Source: Amoebophrya sp. A120
Taxonomy: Eukaryota > Protista > Dinoflagellata
Assembly (NCBI GenBank): GCA_905178155.1
Contig: CAJINV010000003.1
Span: 1,018,968-1,082,967, forward strand
Reading direction: 5' to 3'
DNA: 64,000 bases
The position numbers were made by a program, and so were the translations under genes. The notes below the pieces were generated by a model that had not been told where the DNA came from, did not search any database, and saw only the letters and a program-made list of their open reading frames with translations. Of the stretch, positions 36,520 through 49,678 are shown piece by piece. Numbering within the stretch: position 1 is the stretch's first letter; each line of letters begins with the position of its first letter.

Positions 36520-39500
36520 TCAGCCATTACTGGGTTCTTTCCCACTTATTTTATCATTCTGCAGCTTACGCAGCCCACCATCTACGACACGGCTAATTTT
36601 TCTGTCGAGATCATCTTTTTCCGAGTTTACATCGTGCTCGTCGCGCTCCTTCGTTTCGAAGTAGCGGTCTATTTCTAAACTTGTTAGAATTCCATCGGAA
36701 AATATATCCACCTCGTCTCGCAGGTACCGGAGGAACCGCTTGACGTCGCGGGCGCCACATTGTTTGCTCGGGCCAATATGCTGTGTGCCATCACCTGCCG
36801 TATTGGTATTCGATTCCAGACTGGAAATCTTACCCGCGCGGTCAAGAAGAAACTGTGAGTCACATAGGCTGACGCTGAGGTCTTCGACGAAAACAGGTCG
36901 CTCATTGTAGATGTCCACGAGCTCGTCTTCCTCTATGCTTGTTCGGGGGACGATCATGAGGTCCTCCTGCTGCTCGGTGTCGCTCAACCGGCGTCGGTAG
37001 TTGCCTTCACTGGCGGCGAGTGGCGCACCTCCCTCGTGGTCAATATAAGCGCCCACGAGTTCTTGGGCATCTTCAGTCGAAACGTCGATTTTGATTTGCA
37101 GCGAAGCGCGCTGCCTGGTGCTGAGCAGCCGCCGTAGCACTTTGCATCCCAGCGAGGGCTCCGGTGTACCGCAAAAGTCGACGTCTTCTTGCTCCGCGGC
37201 AGCTTGCAGGCGTCGCGCAATTGCTTTTCCCTTCATCTCCTCATCCCAGGAAATTGTGTACACCGCAATGGTCCACACGAAGGCCAGGGTCCAGGCCCAG
37301 AAAATGGCGACGGTGGCCAGGCGAAACAGCCGGCCCGGCAGCGGCGTTTCGTTCTTGGCCTGTGCCGACGTTCCTAGCGCACCCAGCTCGAGTTGTCCGG
37401 CTTCCTCGCCACTTGACGAGGATCCCGTGGACGTAGAGCGCCGGCGTTTCTTTGGGGACCACTGAAAAGCGCGGTACTGGTGGCTACCCTCAAGTAGTAT
37501 GTTTTTATCGGGCAACTTACTATTGCTGGTGGAGCGTAGTTCTTGTTCTGTTGCGGGACTTAATTCCACTTCCTCCTCTGCCACGGAGTCTAAAGTTGTA
37601 GGAACAACCACATAAGGATCTCGCGGGGTGGTACAAGGTCCACACACCTTCTGCGCGGCAGGCCCGACAAGGTCGATGATACGAACCTCTTTTGACCTTT
37701 TCTTCGGCAGCTGCGGGCTGCGGATGGTCGTGGGAGTTATCATAGTACCAGTCCTCGAGCTTGATGCACTCGGAACAACGGCCTGCGATGAGGACGCAGT
37801 TGCTTCAATATCGGAGGTGCTAGCCGGCGTCGTACTCATGCGTGGGGTTGAGGGCCTTCGGGAAGACAACGTTGCGACTCCGGAGAGCCTGCGTAGCTCA
37901 ATGAAATTTGTATCTATCCCTGACGAGAGGCGCGAGTGTGAAGATGAAGACGCGCTCTGCTGCAGCAGTTCCATAACCACAGGAGAAGATGGCGATTTTA
38001 GTGTAGGCACTATGTTGGTTGCTGTTGTTCCCTCGTCCTCTTCGTTAACGTCATTGTCCTTTGGAGCATCTTCCGACGCGGTGGGTCCACTCGTAGACGA
38101 TGAAGGAAATTGCTGCAATAAAGCGCCACTTTTCTTCTCTGTTAACTCTATGGTAACGCTCTCCAAGGGCACCAGGCCGTTTGCACCATCAAGGCCGTGC
38201 TCGGTCTTCAGCCTTTGATGAACTTTGGTGGTCAGGTCTGCAACGCTGCTGTTTGATTGGCTGTCGTTCACCGCTGTATCTCGGTCCGTGTTTTCCTTTT
38301 CCACAGCAACTACACTGGACCCTAGAATCCGAGCCCGGTCTTCTCCAGAAGCAGAAGTGGTCATGATCTCCGCGTTCGTTGCCCGCTGGTTGCGGCCAAG
38401 AACTTCTACTTCATCGCGTGACGAGTGACGAGGGACATCTTCAACAACTCCCGTGTCCGTCGCGTCAGTCGCAAGAAAAGCAACTTCTTGTTGACTAGGC
38501 ATAGCCACCTCTGTTGGCTCTATCATTGTTGTTTCGTTCTGAACGATTGAGGTTTTGAGGATGCGGGACAGCGAGGAGCGGACCGGAATAGTGGACTTCT
38601 CACGGTCGGCTTCAGTTCTTTCATCATCTTCCGCTGGTGGTACGGAGGAAGAATACCGGGGATCGACGGCGAGTCCTTCCGTGATAGTACTACCTAGCGG
38701 AGCACCAGCTTCTCCGGGAGGTGCAGTACCATCGGAGCCTATGGTGTCGCGCGCGGTGGGGAGCACGCGGTCCGAGCTCGGAGTTACCGTAATCGGAGCG
38801 ATGTCCACGTGCACGTGCTCGGTGACGGACGATTGACTGCGACGCCTGGTGATGTTGATTGCGCTACCGCTACCTCCAATGGAAGCCAGAAAATTTCCTT
38901 TACTAGTTGTATTCGGAGGTTGGAGTACTAGAGCTGCTGGTTTGCTATTTGAACCATGACTCACCCCGCTGGCAGTGGACTCTTCGGAAGTCCGTGCACC
39001 TGCCGCGCCCCCGCCGTGTTGCCGAACGGCCTTGACTACTTCCAGCTCGAATAGGCGAGCGTCCACCTGCAGTGTCAGCAGGGTTGGGATATGATACTGC
39101 GTCTCGTCGGGGACGTCGCCAGGCCGGAGCCAGCTGTTGCGCAGCAACACGGGCGAGACGTAGTACGGGAGATGCAAGCCGCGCACCCCCATGTAGTACA
39201 ATTCCACCCAGCTGTGCTTTGCCGGAATATGGTGTGGCATTTTGCTATTCCGCCGTTCCTTCGCCTTGCCCTGTAGTTGACCGGGAGCAGTCGTAGAAGA
39301 AGTTCCTGGTAGCTTGTTTGCAACGGTTCTCAGCCGGTCTAGTTGTGCAACCGGAGTTGTCGGCTGCGCCTGCGACGACGAGGGAGGTCCACCTACTCCT
39401 GTTACAACTGGCCGCGTCATCAGCGGACCCCCAAGAACTTGTTCGCGCTGTCGCGTTCTCTCCTCCTGCTGCAAGGTCTGATACCCCTGGTTCAGTGCCT

Positions 39501-42500
39501 CAAGGGACGCAACCACGCTAGGGCTATCGCGCAAAGGTACAACGGCAGTTGAAGTTGTAAAGCCGCTAGTTGTAGTACTAGTATTCCCGGCGGGGTTGCT
39601 GGCTTGGTGGGTGCCTTCTTGAAGATTCATCTTCATGGGTGGATCTTCACGAGGGCTTGTTGTTTTTCCTCCTGCAGGACTCCTCTCGGTTTCTGTTTCG
39701 ATTCTGCTGTCCAGTAAGCTTTCTAGGTCGGAACTGTCTTCCGAAGCTACGTCCTCCAACTCGTACACGTTTCGGATCACTACGCCCGCGCTCGGTGGAC
39801 GCAGGGCGTCGGGAAAGAAGCGGCGCAACTTGCGCTTCGAGTGACGGACACTCTTGCTCGCGTGGCGCACCGCAGCTAATCTCACATCGTCCAGTTGGAA
39901 CACGACGTAGTCGTGTTCAAACAGAGCGAGTAACCGGTCCAGCCGGGCCTCCAAGGCGTACGCACCCGGAAACACCTGGCGACCCTTCTGCGGAGGAGGA
40001 GGACCACCAGCACCGCCTCCAGACTGCGTGGTCAACATGGTGTCCACCTGCACGCCAAGCTTTCCGTCCAATTTCTCTATCTGCCGCTGCAAAAACCGAG
40101 TCTCCGTCATGTCTTGCTTCCGCAACGTTTCCTCGCTGTGGACGTGCGCCGGGTCGCGCTTCAGATCTCGTTCCAACGCGGACTCGGAGATGCCCCGCTG
40201 CAGCCGCTGCTTCAGTGTGCTCCCCACCATCACGGAGGCCTTGTTTTGCCGCTGTTGTCGTTGACCGGCGTCGGTGATCTGCGCCACCGCGTGCAACTCG
40301 TTCCGGGCGGCGGGGGAAATGTCATGGACGCCGACCTTTCCCTCCGATAACCGTTGCTTGAAGTCCTCCTGCGCGTGGTGCACGGCCACATCCGCTTCGG
40401 CCTTGTCAAAATGCATCGAGGACGCCGCGTTTTCCGTGGCCACCACCGCCGTACTCCGGCTCAGATACTCGGCAAACTTCGCGCTTCGAAAGTGCTCGTA
40501 CGAGTGGCCCGACCCGAGGAAGGGCGTGAGCCGCATCAGGTCGCGCAGGTAGAAAATGTGCACCAGAAAGATCAGCGGGGCGATGCGTTCAAACTCCTTC
40601 TCCGCGTCCACGAGTAGCACCGTTATGAGTGCGATCAACTGCTCCGCAATCAGAAACAGGTCCAACTTCAGCAAACTGACGCACGCGATCTCGACCTTTT
40701 GCAGGCAGATCTGGATCGTGGTGAGGAGAAAAATGAACAAAAAGCCGGGGAAAAACAGCCGCCGGGCCTGCACGAGCTGCACCAAAATGTAGGCGGAGAG
40801 CGCGCCGAACATCTCCACCGTGCCCAGCCCCAAACAGATCCGGGCGAGCTTTTGGAACGCGCCCCACCGGCGATCGAACTCGTGATAGTGCTTGAAGTGG
40901 AAGCAGTCCGTCAAATCCGGGGTTTTCACGTGGGACTCGGGCAGCAGGGTTTCGATCTTGCTGTGGACCCGCACCCGCTTGTACCCGTCGCCTCCCTGGT
41001 TCAGCCCCCCGCCAAACCCGGTCGCCGCCGAGTCGTTCGCAAGAAAGTGCAGCCGCAACATGTGGATGGTCATGCGCCGCCAGTGCGCCAAAATGTCCGG
41101 TGCGTACACGTACGGGTCGTCCACTTCGAACAGCGCGTGCACCCACTGCAATTTCTGCTTATGCTCTTCGTCCATGCTGTCGTCGGAGTGCGAGGAGGAG
41201 CTGGCCGAACTGGTCTCGGAGGACGCCACGGACAGCCGGGGGTCTACTCCCGCACGCTCAAGCGAATGCTTCCTGAAAGATGATGAACCAGCCGCGCCCG
41301 GCAGGGGGACACCGCTTTGGCTGCTGACCGTCTTCAGCATGCGGACGCGCTCGAGCGTCTCGCGCCTTTGCATCTCCTTCTTCCGAAAGTGCGCCACCTG
41401 CTTATGCTCCGGGTTTGTGAAGTCCGCGTCCAGATCGTCACGCCCGAAATCGTTGGCGCTGACGAGGGATCCGGATTGTTTCTTGAATCGGACGGCCCGC
41501 GAGGCAGTCGCGTTGCCTTGTAGCTGCTTCATGCCCGTCTTCGAGACCTGCCGTGCGGAGGTTCTTGCGGTGGAGCTCTCAAAATTATTCCGAAACCCAC
41601 GCGGCCCCAACGACATCGCACTCCCGCCGCGAACTAGCTTCGGCGCGGTCGTCCCGGATCTTGTTCTTCGTGGCACAACCGCAGAGGAAGTGCGACGGGG
41701 ACCCCCGCCGACGCGCTTGCTTTTCCACAGTCCGCCGAACTCGTCGAACTTTTTCCGCAGGTCGAAGTGACTCAGTCCTAAATTCATGTCCCCGCCCTGG
41801 CTGGCGGTGTTGCCGTGTGTCGCCATCGACGGGTGGGGCAGGAGCGCGGCCCCGCCGGTCTCGTTAAGCTCGGTTGGAGAAATGCCGTGGTGTGGCCCGA
41901 GAAAAGCGCGGCGGATGGGGTGCAGGTCGTACTTTGCGTCCTCGTCGTAGATCACGTCGGGGTTGTCGCTGTGGGACCCAATCAGCTTCAGGAACGTACG
42001 GTAGGCGCCGTCCTCCTTCGTCGCCCAGTCCGCCTTGCCGAACATCCGGTTCACCAGCAGCTCCAGCCAGCCCTCGCCCCCGTACTGCCGCCGGTTCTGC
42101 GTCTGCTGCAGAAAAGGGACCTGGTGGGGGAGGAGTTTTGGGTCAGTATGATGATGACTTCTACGCTTTCATCGCTAAACGTGAAGTGGTCCTTTGGCTG
42201 CATAAGTGCACGGCAAAGTCGAAGAGCAACATACATCATAGAGCGAGAAATACGAAAAAGTAGCCTCAGTGGCGTTTACAATCTTCAGCTACGGTTGCAG
42301 TTCAGTAGACGACTATAGCGCAGTAGAAGCACTGAAAGAGAAATAAACGATGACTCAAGGCGACGAGAAGTGTAGACGTCGAAACGAAAGAGTACCCGCA
42401 GAGCCTCGTGGATATTCCGCGGTGCTTCGAAGTCGGAGGCGTAGGAGCAGGCGTACTTGACGTCGTCTGCGGTAGCGACGGGGATGCGGACCTCCTGCGT

Positions 42501-42911
42501 GAGTACGCGCACCATGGAGGCCACCGCCGCGATGCTCGCGTACACCGCAAAGTAGAGACACAAAGCGAGGTACAGCAGACTGCTGCAAACGTGTATGCCC
42601 AGCCACAACAGCGTCCACACGGGCACGTCTACCTGGTAGTCGGTCAGAATCAGGTTGAACACCACGCCCATCAGCAAGGTCGCGACCAGGACTAAATTCG
42701 CCATCTTCTGGTCGACCGCGCCAAACATGTCCTTGAGATCTTCGCGGTACATCTGCGCGGTGGCCACCCGCATGTTCTGCAACTGGTGGAGCATGTTCTG
42801 CCGGTTCTCGGACTCCGTGCACCAGTTGCCGTGGTTGTAGCTGAAGCACCCGGCCAAGCCCGCGACACCGGCCGCGGCCGCCGTGCCCCCAAGCGCGAGC
42901 AGGTCGAGCAT
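36520..42911 (-). CDS. Multi-pass membrane protein of unknown function, paralog 1
   Basis: ORF 42285..42911 joins ORF 36520..42054 via GT-AG intron 42121-42395 (HEALR|VPFLQQTQNRR). Several TM segments; long conserved blocks shared with 43929-49678 (e.g. KTPDLTDCFHFKHYHEFDRRWGAFQKLARIC). Confidence 0.82.
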
Positions 42912-43928
42912 GATGAATGTTCTTCTTGACGGTGCGGTTTCTAGGATGTGGTGCGCTGGTCAATGGTGCTGGGATGTTGGACGAGGTCGCTCGGTAGAAG
43001 CACCTGAATAGAGCCTACGGGAATGCTTGTGGTTGCGGCTCTATTGAGCGCAGATCAAAAATCATGAAGTTGATGAAGGGCGTCATGCCTTAGAAGTTTC
43101 TTCTTGTTGCAACTGAAATGGCTCTACTTCACATGATCCAATTTCAACTTCATTGATTATGAAGAAACAGAAAGTGAAAGTCTAGGTAGTATAAAAGGGG
43201 TAGGAATAGATGAGGTTGAAGGTAAGAATAACTGCTTCATGGTATCCATCTTCAAAGGTGGAGGTGGGTCAGGGTAAGTATATAAAAAGGAGTACTTATT
43301 TCTGTTTCGTTTTCAAAAAAGATTGTTTTTTGCGTCCAATCCTTAGTGCAGGCTGTAGCGCGAGTGTGCGACTGTGGTCACCCGCAATGGCACGAAAGCA
43401 AAAGATGTAACGACACCACGAAAAACAGTAGAGCGCCAGCCTTCCGTTTACCGGGAAATGGTAAGCCTGAGCCAGAAGCGGATATCTAAGGCACGACCAC
43501 CGACACAACCTCCACACCAAGACCACTAAGATGGCGAATACTAGGAATAACAATAGGACTGAACGAGGCTTAAAATAAGGAGTCAACCATTTCGACGCAA
43601 GAACGATGAAAGAGACGCACGACCGATTAGAAGGAGTACGAATGCAACTGCACGAAATTCTTCTGCGATGAATGTAAGACGTACGAGTGTTGCAGCCAAG
43701 ACCGCACGAAGAACTAGAACGGTGGAATAAACCAATCTTCACATTTGAGCTTCACGAGCTACTAGAAACATATTTCCCACATTATTTCATCTGGTGTTGC
43801 TACTTTTCGTCACTACAACCTTCCTAGTAGATTATTCTGTGGCACGTCTGGCAGTGCATCGTCACGCTACACTACTCGTCCAGCGTGCACGGAACTCGCG
43901 TATATGATGACATTTTTTTCACAGGATT

Positions 43929-46900
43929 TCATATTTCTCTCAGGCTTCGTGCTTGCGCGCGACTCTGTCTGCGTTTCATTTTCGACGTCGAAAACGGCCG
44001 CGCAGCCAAGGCCAGCGCGGGCCACTGGCTTCGATCCGCGACCAGGTTCTTTAACTGCACCACCAACTGCTTGCGCCACGACGCTAGAGGCATGTGAGCG
44101 GCTGCGGCATCATGACGGTTATTTTCACTATCATCTGCTCGTGGTCGCACATCTGCTGTTGCCCTTGTTTCGTGCTCTTGCTCTTCTCCACCCTCCAAAG
44201 AACTCTGTTGCGCGGTCGGGCTCTGCAGATACCTGTGTATTTCCGCTTGCGTGACCAGGCCGTCGTCGAACAGATCGACCTCGTCTCGCAAGTACTTCGC
44301 GAAGGCGCGTAATTCCGAGGCGCGGCATTTTGATTTTCCATTTCCCCCGTTTTGGCTATCGCATAGGTGCACGCTTAGTGCCTCGATCGAGACACGGGAA
44401 GGTGAAACATCATGATGCTCAGGTCGGGGAGTCGTGTTGATTGACTTTCTCGCTTGTGTCCCCGCGACCGGGAATTGCTTTCTTTCTTTTTCTTCTGCGG
44501 TATCGACATTGCTGGAACTACGCGGGGGGCTCAAACGTTTATCATTTGTTTCGGACGAAAAGCTACATGTCCTTGATAACCGCTTGGTTCTCCGTCCTCC
44601 TGAAAAGTCGGTCTCGAGGCAAAATGCACTACTTGTACTTCCCGTACTACCAGCAACGTCGTCGTCTTTTAACTCTTCCGAGAGGAGCGCCCGTCTTGCG
44701 GAGGTTCTTCGGGACGCGGCCTTTGACGAAGACAAGCCCATCCCGGTGCCGGTGTACTGGGAATGGTGCTGGAGAAAGATGGTGTAGGCAAAAAAGGACC
44801 AGATCAGGGCGAGCCCCCAGGAAATGAAAATAGCAAAGGTGCCCAGGCGGAACAGGCGGCCGGGCAGAGGTGTTTCCTGTTCCACATCGAGATCTTCGTC
44901 TTCGTGGTTGAGGGCGCCCGACGCGACAGAAGTGTTGTGGCTACCCTCCAGCAGCATCGCGCGAAACTGCTGCCGCGACCTTTCCCTGACATCCACTGCA
45001 TCACGCCGGTCGTGTGCTAGTAGTTCATCTTGCGGCGCTCCTGCATGGCTGCTTGTCTTTTGTTTCCGCAATTTTCGCCTTCGCTCCTCCACGAGCAGGC
45101 GCGAGCGAATGCGTCCGATCGGAAAGGGAAAAATTGCGTTGTTCTGCTGTTGTGGAGGTCCTCCACTCGTCCCCACGGATGTTGATGCGTATCCTGAGTA
45201 AAAACGTACCCACACCAGAGTTGTAATGCAAATCTGCATGCTGAAAATGTTTCCCATGCGGAGCCTCATGAGAAACGTTTTCTAGTGGTTTTTTGCAATT
45301 TGTCATGCTCTAATCAGCATGGTATGCTAGATCTGTAATGCTGCTGAACTAGCTCAAACAGTACTACGCTACGCGTCCAAATTTGTCATGCGAAACAGCC
45401 AAAGCTTGTGGATTTGTCTAGCCGATTCCCCATCTTGACTATGGGGTGGGTACGTTTTTACTCAGGATAATGCGCCATGGTTGTTTATCCAAAAATGCTC
45501 GTCATTTTCATCTTCCACCGGGACCAACATGGCATGGGAACCGTCCACTAAATGATTGTTTTCCTCGCTCGACGGTTCTGGACGCAGGTCCTCTGGCTCG
45601 ACGAATGAGGGTGCCGGGCTTCTCGGGCTGTAACTGGCTCGAGGGTCCTCTATTTGCAGCTTCTCCACCGCGTTCTCCACTTCTAGCTCAAACAGCCGCG
45701 CGTCCACTTGCAGCGTCAGCAGGCTCGGAATGTGGTACTCCGTTTCCGGCGGCACGTCCCCGGGACGCAGCCAGCTATTCCGGAGCAACACCGGGGACAC
45801 GTAGTAGGGCAGGTGCATCCCGCGACTGCCCTGGAAGTACAGCTGCACCCAGCTGTGCGTGGCCGGAATACCGTCGACCACCTCCATGGGCCGCACCTTG
45901 AACCCACTTCCCGCCGCCCCGTATTGGACTTGCTCGAAGTCCCGATTCAAGTTGTCCAGCGCAGCCAGGACGCTCGGGCTGTCGCGAAGCTGCCGTGGCG
46001 CCGAAGATGCCGAACTCCGTCCTGCAGTGGACGAGGATCTCAAAACAGCGTCCTCCGCTGCGTGTGACCCCTCCGCAAAAGCTGTCGACCGTCGTGCGCG
46101 GGACGGGCTCCTGCTGGGGGCATTACTATTAAACGCGGTCCCTGCCGAGTCCGCTGCGGGTCTCCTCGCGGAGGGAAAGTACATTTTTAGCTTCATCTTT
46201 GCCTCTTCCATCGCGACCCGTGCCTGCCGGATGGCAGTGAGGCGTGGGTCGTCGAGCTGCATGGTGACGTAGTCGTGCTCAAACAGCGCCAGGAGCCGCT
46301 CCACGCGCAGCTCTAACGCGTAGGCCCCAGTGAACACCTGGCGCTTAGTATTTTTGCTATTGCTGCTCCTCAACGCTCCTGATGTTGCGCCGCCGCTCTT
46401 AGGTGCTTGCAGAGTGGCTGGTGTTTTGTTCCCGTCTATTTTCAAAGCTGTCTTCTTCTCGTAGTTCATCTCTTCCTTGCCACTGCTCGGCTCAATTGTC
46501 AAATCATGCTCTTCCAAATATCGAATCTCCGCGGAGTCGCGCTTCCTCTGCAGATCCAAAACGTCCTGTCTCGTCTTCAAGCTCTTCAACTCGGATCTCG
46601 ACATAGGCCCTGCTCCCAGCATTCCCCGCTGGCGAAAGGCGGCATTCTGCAGCTCGCCTACCGCGTGAAGCTCGTTGCGCGCTGCGGGAGATGATGTTGA
46701 AGTTGATGCATCCATAGTTTTCTCTTTCAAGTCTTCCTGTGCGTGGTGGACACTCATTTTCGCCTCGGCTTTGTCCATGTGCACGGAGGCGGCGGCCGCC
46801 TCGGTCTCCAGCGCTATGGTGGCGCGCGTGAAAAATTCCGCCGCTTTCGCACTTCTGAAATATTCGAAGGACGGCCCGGACCCCAGAAACGGCGTGAAGA

Positions 46901-49678
46901 CCATCAGTTCCTTCATGTAGAAGATGTGCACCACAAACACTAGCGGCGCAAACCGCTCGCACTGGATTTCATATTCACTCCCCACCACGATCGCCAACGT
47001 CAGCGCCTGCTCCAAAACGAGCAAACCGTCAAGCTTCAGCAACCGCGTGCTCGCGATCTCCACTTTCTGCAAGCAGATCTGGATGGTCATCAAGAGGAAG
47101 ATGATCAGCGCCCCGAAAAAGAACAGTTTTCGCATCTTCACAATGTGCACCACGATGTGCGCCGCCAGCGCGCCAAACATCTCCACGGTCCCCAGCCCCA
47201 CGCAGATCCGCGCGAGCTTCTGGAACGCGCCCCACCGGCGGTCGAAATCGTGGTAGTGCTTGAAGTGGAAGCAGTCCGTCAAGTCCGGCGTCTTCACGTG
47301 CGCCTCGGGGAGCAGCAGGTTCATGTGCTCGTGCACGCGAAGGTGCTTGGGATTGTGCTTCAGCGCCGGATCCTCGGCGTCGGCCCCGTTCATTTTTTCG
47401 GCCGCGAACGCGTTGGCAAGGGCGTCCTGGCGGATGACCCCCACGTGGAGCGCCCGCCAGCGCAGCAGCACGTGCTCGGGATACACGTGGTCGTCAGGCA
47501 GTGACATCACCATCTCTAGCAGCATTTTGTTGCCCAAGTCCTTCCTCCGCACAACCGGCTGCATTTGTTCTCGGTCCTTCGACCGGGATCGAATCTTCGC
47601 CGGGAGCGTGCCGTCCAGCGCGTACGGATCGAAGCGGTCGCCCTTGCTCACCCGAAATTCCTGGTGCGCAAACGCGGGTTGAGAGAACGGGTTCTGATCA
47701 ATACCGGTGCCCGCAGAACTTCTGGAAGTACGGGCCTGCGAGGGCAGTTGTTTCCCCGGCAGTCGAGGGGGGCGGTTTGTTTGCTGCTGACTACTACTGC
47801 TCGCGGAAACGGGAAGATGATGAACCGCCGCGTGCGTGGACGGAGAGTCTACACTCGCTGTTGTATTCGATGGGTCCAGTTCTGCTTGTTTCATCACGCG
47901 GCCCTGCGACTGGGTCTTCGGCACTGCGGCGACTTGCTGGCGACCCAAGGTTCCATCCAAACTTGATCGGTCGCCGAACTGCGGAGCGTCCGGGTGATCC
48001 GCGTAGTCGATGTGTTGCTTTATTCCCTGATGATTTATCGGATGTACTGGCGACGCGGCACGCTCGGGCAGTTGGAACACACCGGCGGTCCTTCCCGGTG
48101 GATGTTGTAGCGCCGCAGCGCCCATCTGTGCCATCGTCCTTCGGCGGAGTTCGAACTGCGAGGTTCCCAGATGCAAATCGCCGCCCTTGCTGGCGGTGTG
48201 CCGGGCGTTGCTGTGGCCCTGCAGCATGGCCGCGCCCCCGGCGCTGTTGAGTTCCGTGGCGGAGAGCCCGTGGTGCTCGCCGAGCAGGGCTTTGGTGATG
48301 GGGTGGAACTCGTAGGGGTTGTTCTCCCGATCCTTTTCGTCGAACCGCATGGCCACGGTTCTTTCCCCCTCCGGCGTGTCCGACCCGATCAGGCGCATAT
48401 GGATGTGTCAGAGTTGAAATCGACAAAGTTGAAATAATTTGCCATGCATAAAATGGATGCCAGTTGGGACCCAGTTTCCAAGTGGCGCAAGACAAATTTC
48501 GGCGGTCCCTAAATCCACTTTGTCATGCTGTTTAGGCAAAGAAGAGCGATTTTCTCATGCTACTTTAGCAGCTCGAGCTGTAACCCCAAACAGGCTTACA
48601 ATCGGCCTCACTTGCCTGCTCTGCAACACACGTGCCTTGGGTCATGCATTTTATGCATTACAAATTATTTCAACTTTGACGATTTCAATCCTGACACACC
48701 CATAGCGCAAGAAGTTGCGGTAGAACCCGTTCTCCGTCTTCTGCCAGTCCCGGACGCCGAACACCTTCTGCGTCATATTACAGTGAAAAATGCCCCTACC
48801 TCCAAAGTTGCAATGATTTGTGATGCTAGGTTTCCACATGAAAACTTCTTCTCATGCATGAAAGGACTATAAATGTCTCTGATGCACAGTCTAGGCGTAG
48901 GCGTATACAGCATCGCTTGCATGACAAGCGCCGCTCTTGCTGGGATGTTCTGCAATACAAATTTTATTTGCTATTCACTATTGAAAATCTGTGATGCTGG
49001 TAGATGCAAGAGGGCGAAGGAATGTTTCATTTGGAAAGGTTTGCAATACAAATGCTCCCAAATTCTGGGACGAGGGCATTTTTCATTGTAATACGTCAAC
49101 AGCTCCACCCAGCCGACCCCGCCGTACTTCCGGCGGTTCTGCGTGGTCTGCAGGAAGGGCACGCGGAGCAGCTCGTGGACGCGGCGGGGAGACTCAAACT
49201 CCGACATGTAAACGCACGCATACTTCACGTCGTCCGCGCTGGCGATGGGGAGCCGGACCTCTTGCGTTAGGACCCGCACCATGGACGCGACCGCCGCGAT
49301 GCTGGCGTACACGGCGAAATAGAGTGCGAGTCCGAGGTACATCAGACTGGCACAGACGTGGATCCCGAGCCACAGGATGGTCCACACCGGCGCGGACACG
49401 CGGATGTCTTGCAGGAGAATGTTGAAGACCACCCCGATCAGAATGGAGGCCACCAGCACGAGCAGCATCATCTTCGCGTCCACCGCGCCAAACATGTCTT
49501 TTAAATCCTGCCGGTACATGCCCGCCTGCGTGATCCGCATCTGCTGCAGTTGGTGGATCATGTTCTGCCGGTTCTGACACTCCGCCGTCATCGACTGGTG
49601 GTTGTAGTTGAACAGGCCGAGCAGCGATGCCATGCCCGCCGCGGCCGCAGTGCCACCCAGACCCAGCAGCGGTAGCAT
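43929..49678 (-). CDS. Multi-pass membrane protein of unknown function, paralog 2
   Basis: ORFs 48971..49678, short exon 48705-48775, 45462..48398 and 43929..45269 join in frame after removing three TIR elements. Collinear with paralog 1. Confidence 0.82.
45190..45469. mobile_element. Introner-like TIR element (TATCCTGAG type)
   Basis: Perfect 24-bp TIR TATCCTGAGTAAAAACGTACCCAC / GTGGGTACGTTTTTACTCAGGATA. ATGCG repeat at 45185-45189 and 45470-45474. Join reads NNHGA|STSVGT. Confidence 0.93.
48398..48704. mobile_element. Introner-like TIR element (TATGGATGTGTCAG type)
   Basis: ~57-bp TIR TATGGATGTGTCAGAGTTGAAATCGACAAAGTTGAAATAATTTG... GCGCA repeat at 48393-48397 and 48705-48709. Join reads RNFLR|LIGSD (paralog: RTFLKLIGSH). 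Confidence 0.93.
48776..49093. mobile_element. Introner-like TIR element (TATTACAGTG type)
   Basis: TATTACAGTGAAAAATGCCC ... GGGCATTTTTCATTGTAATA. CGTCA repeat at 48771-48775 and 49094-49098. Join reads WVELLT|QKVFG (paralog: WLELLVNRMFG). Confidence 0.92.
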
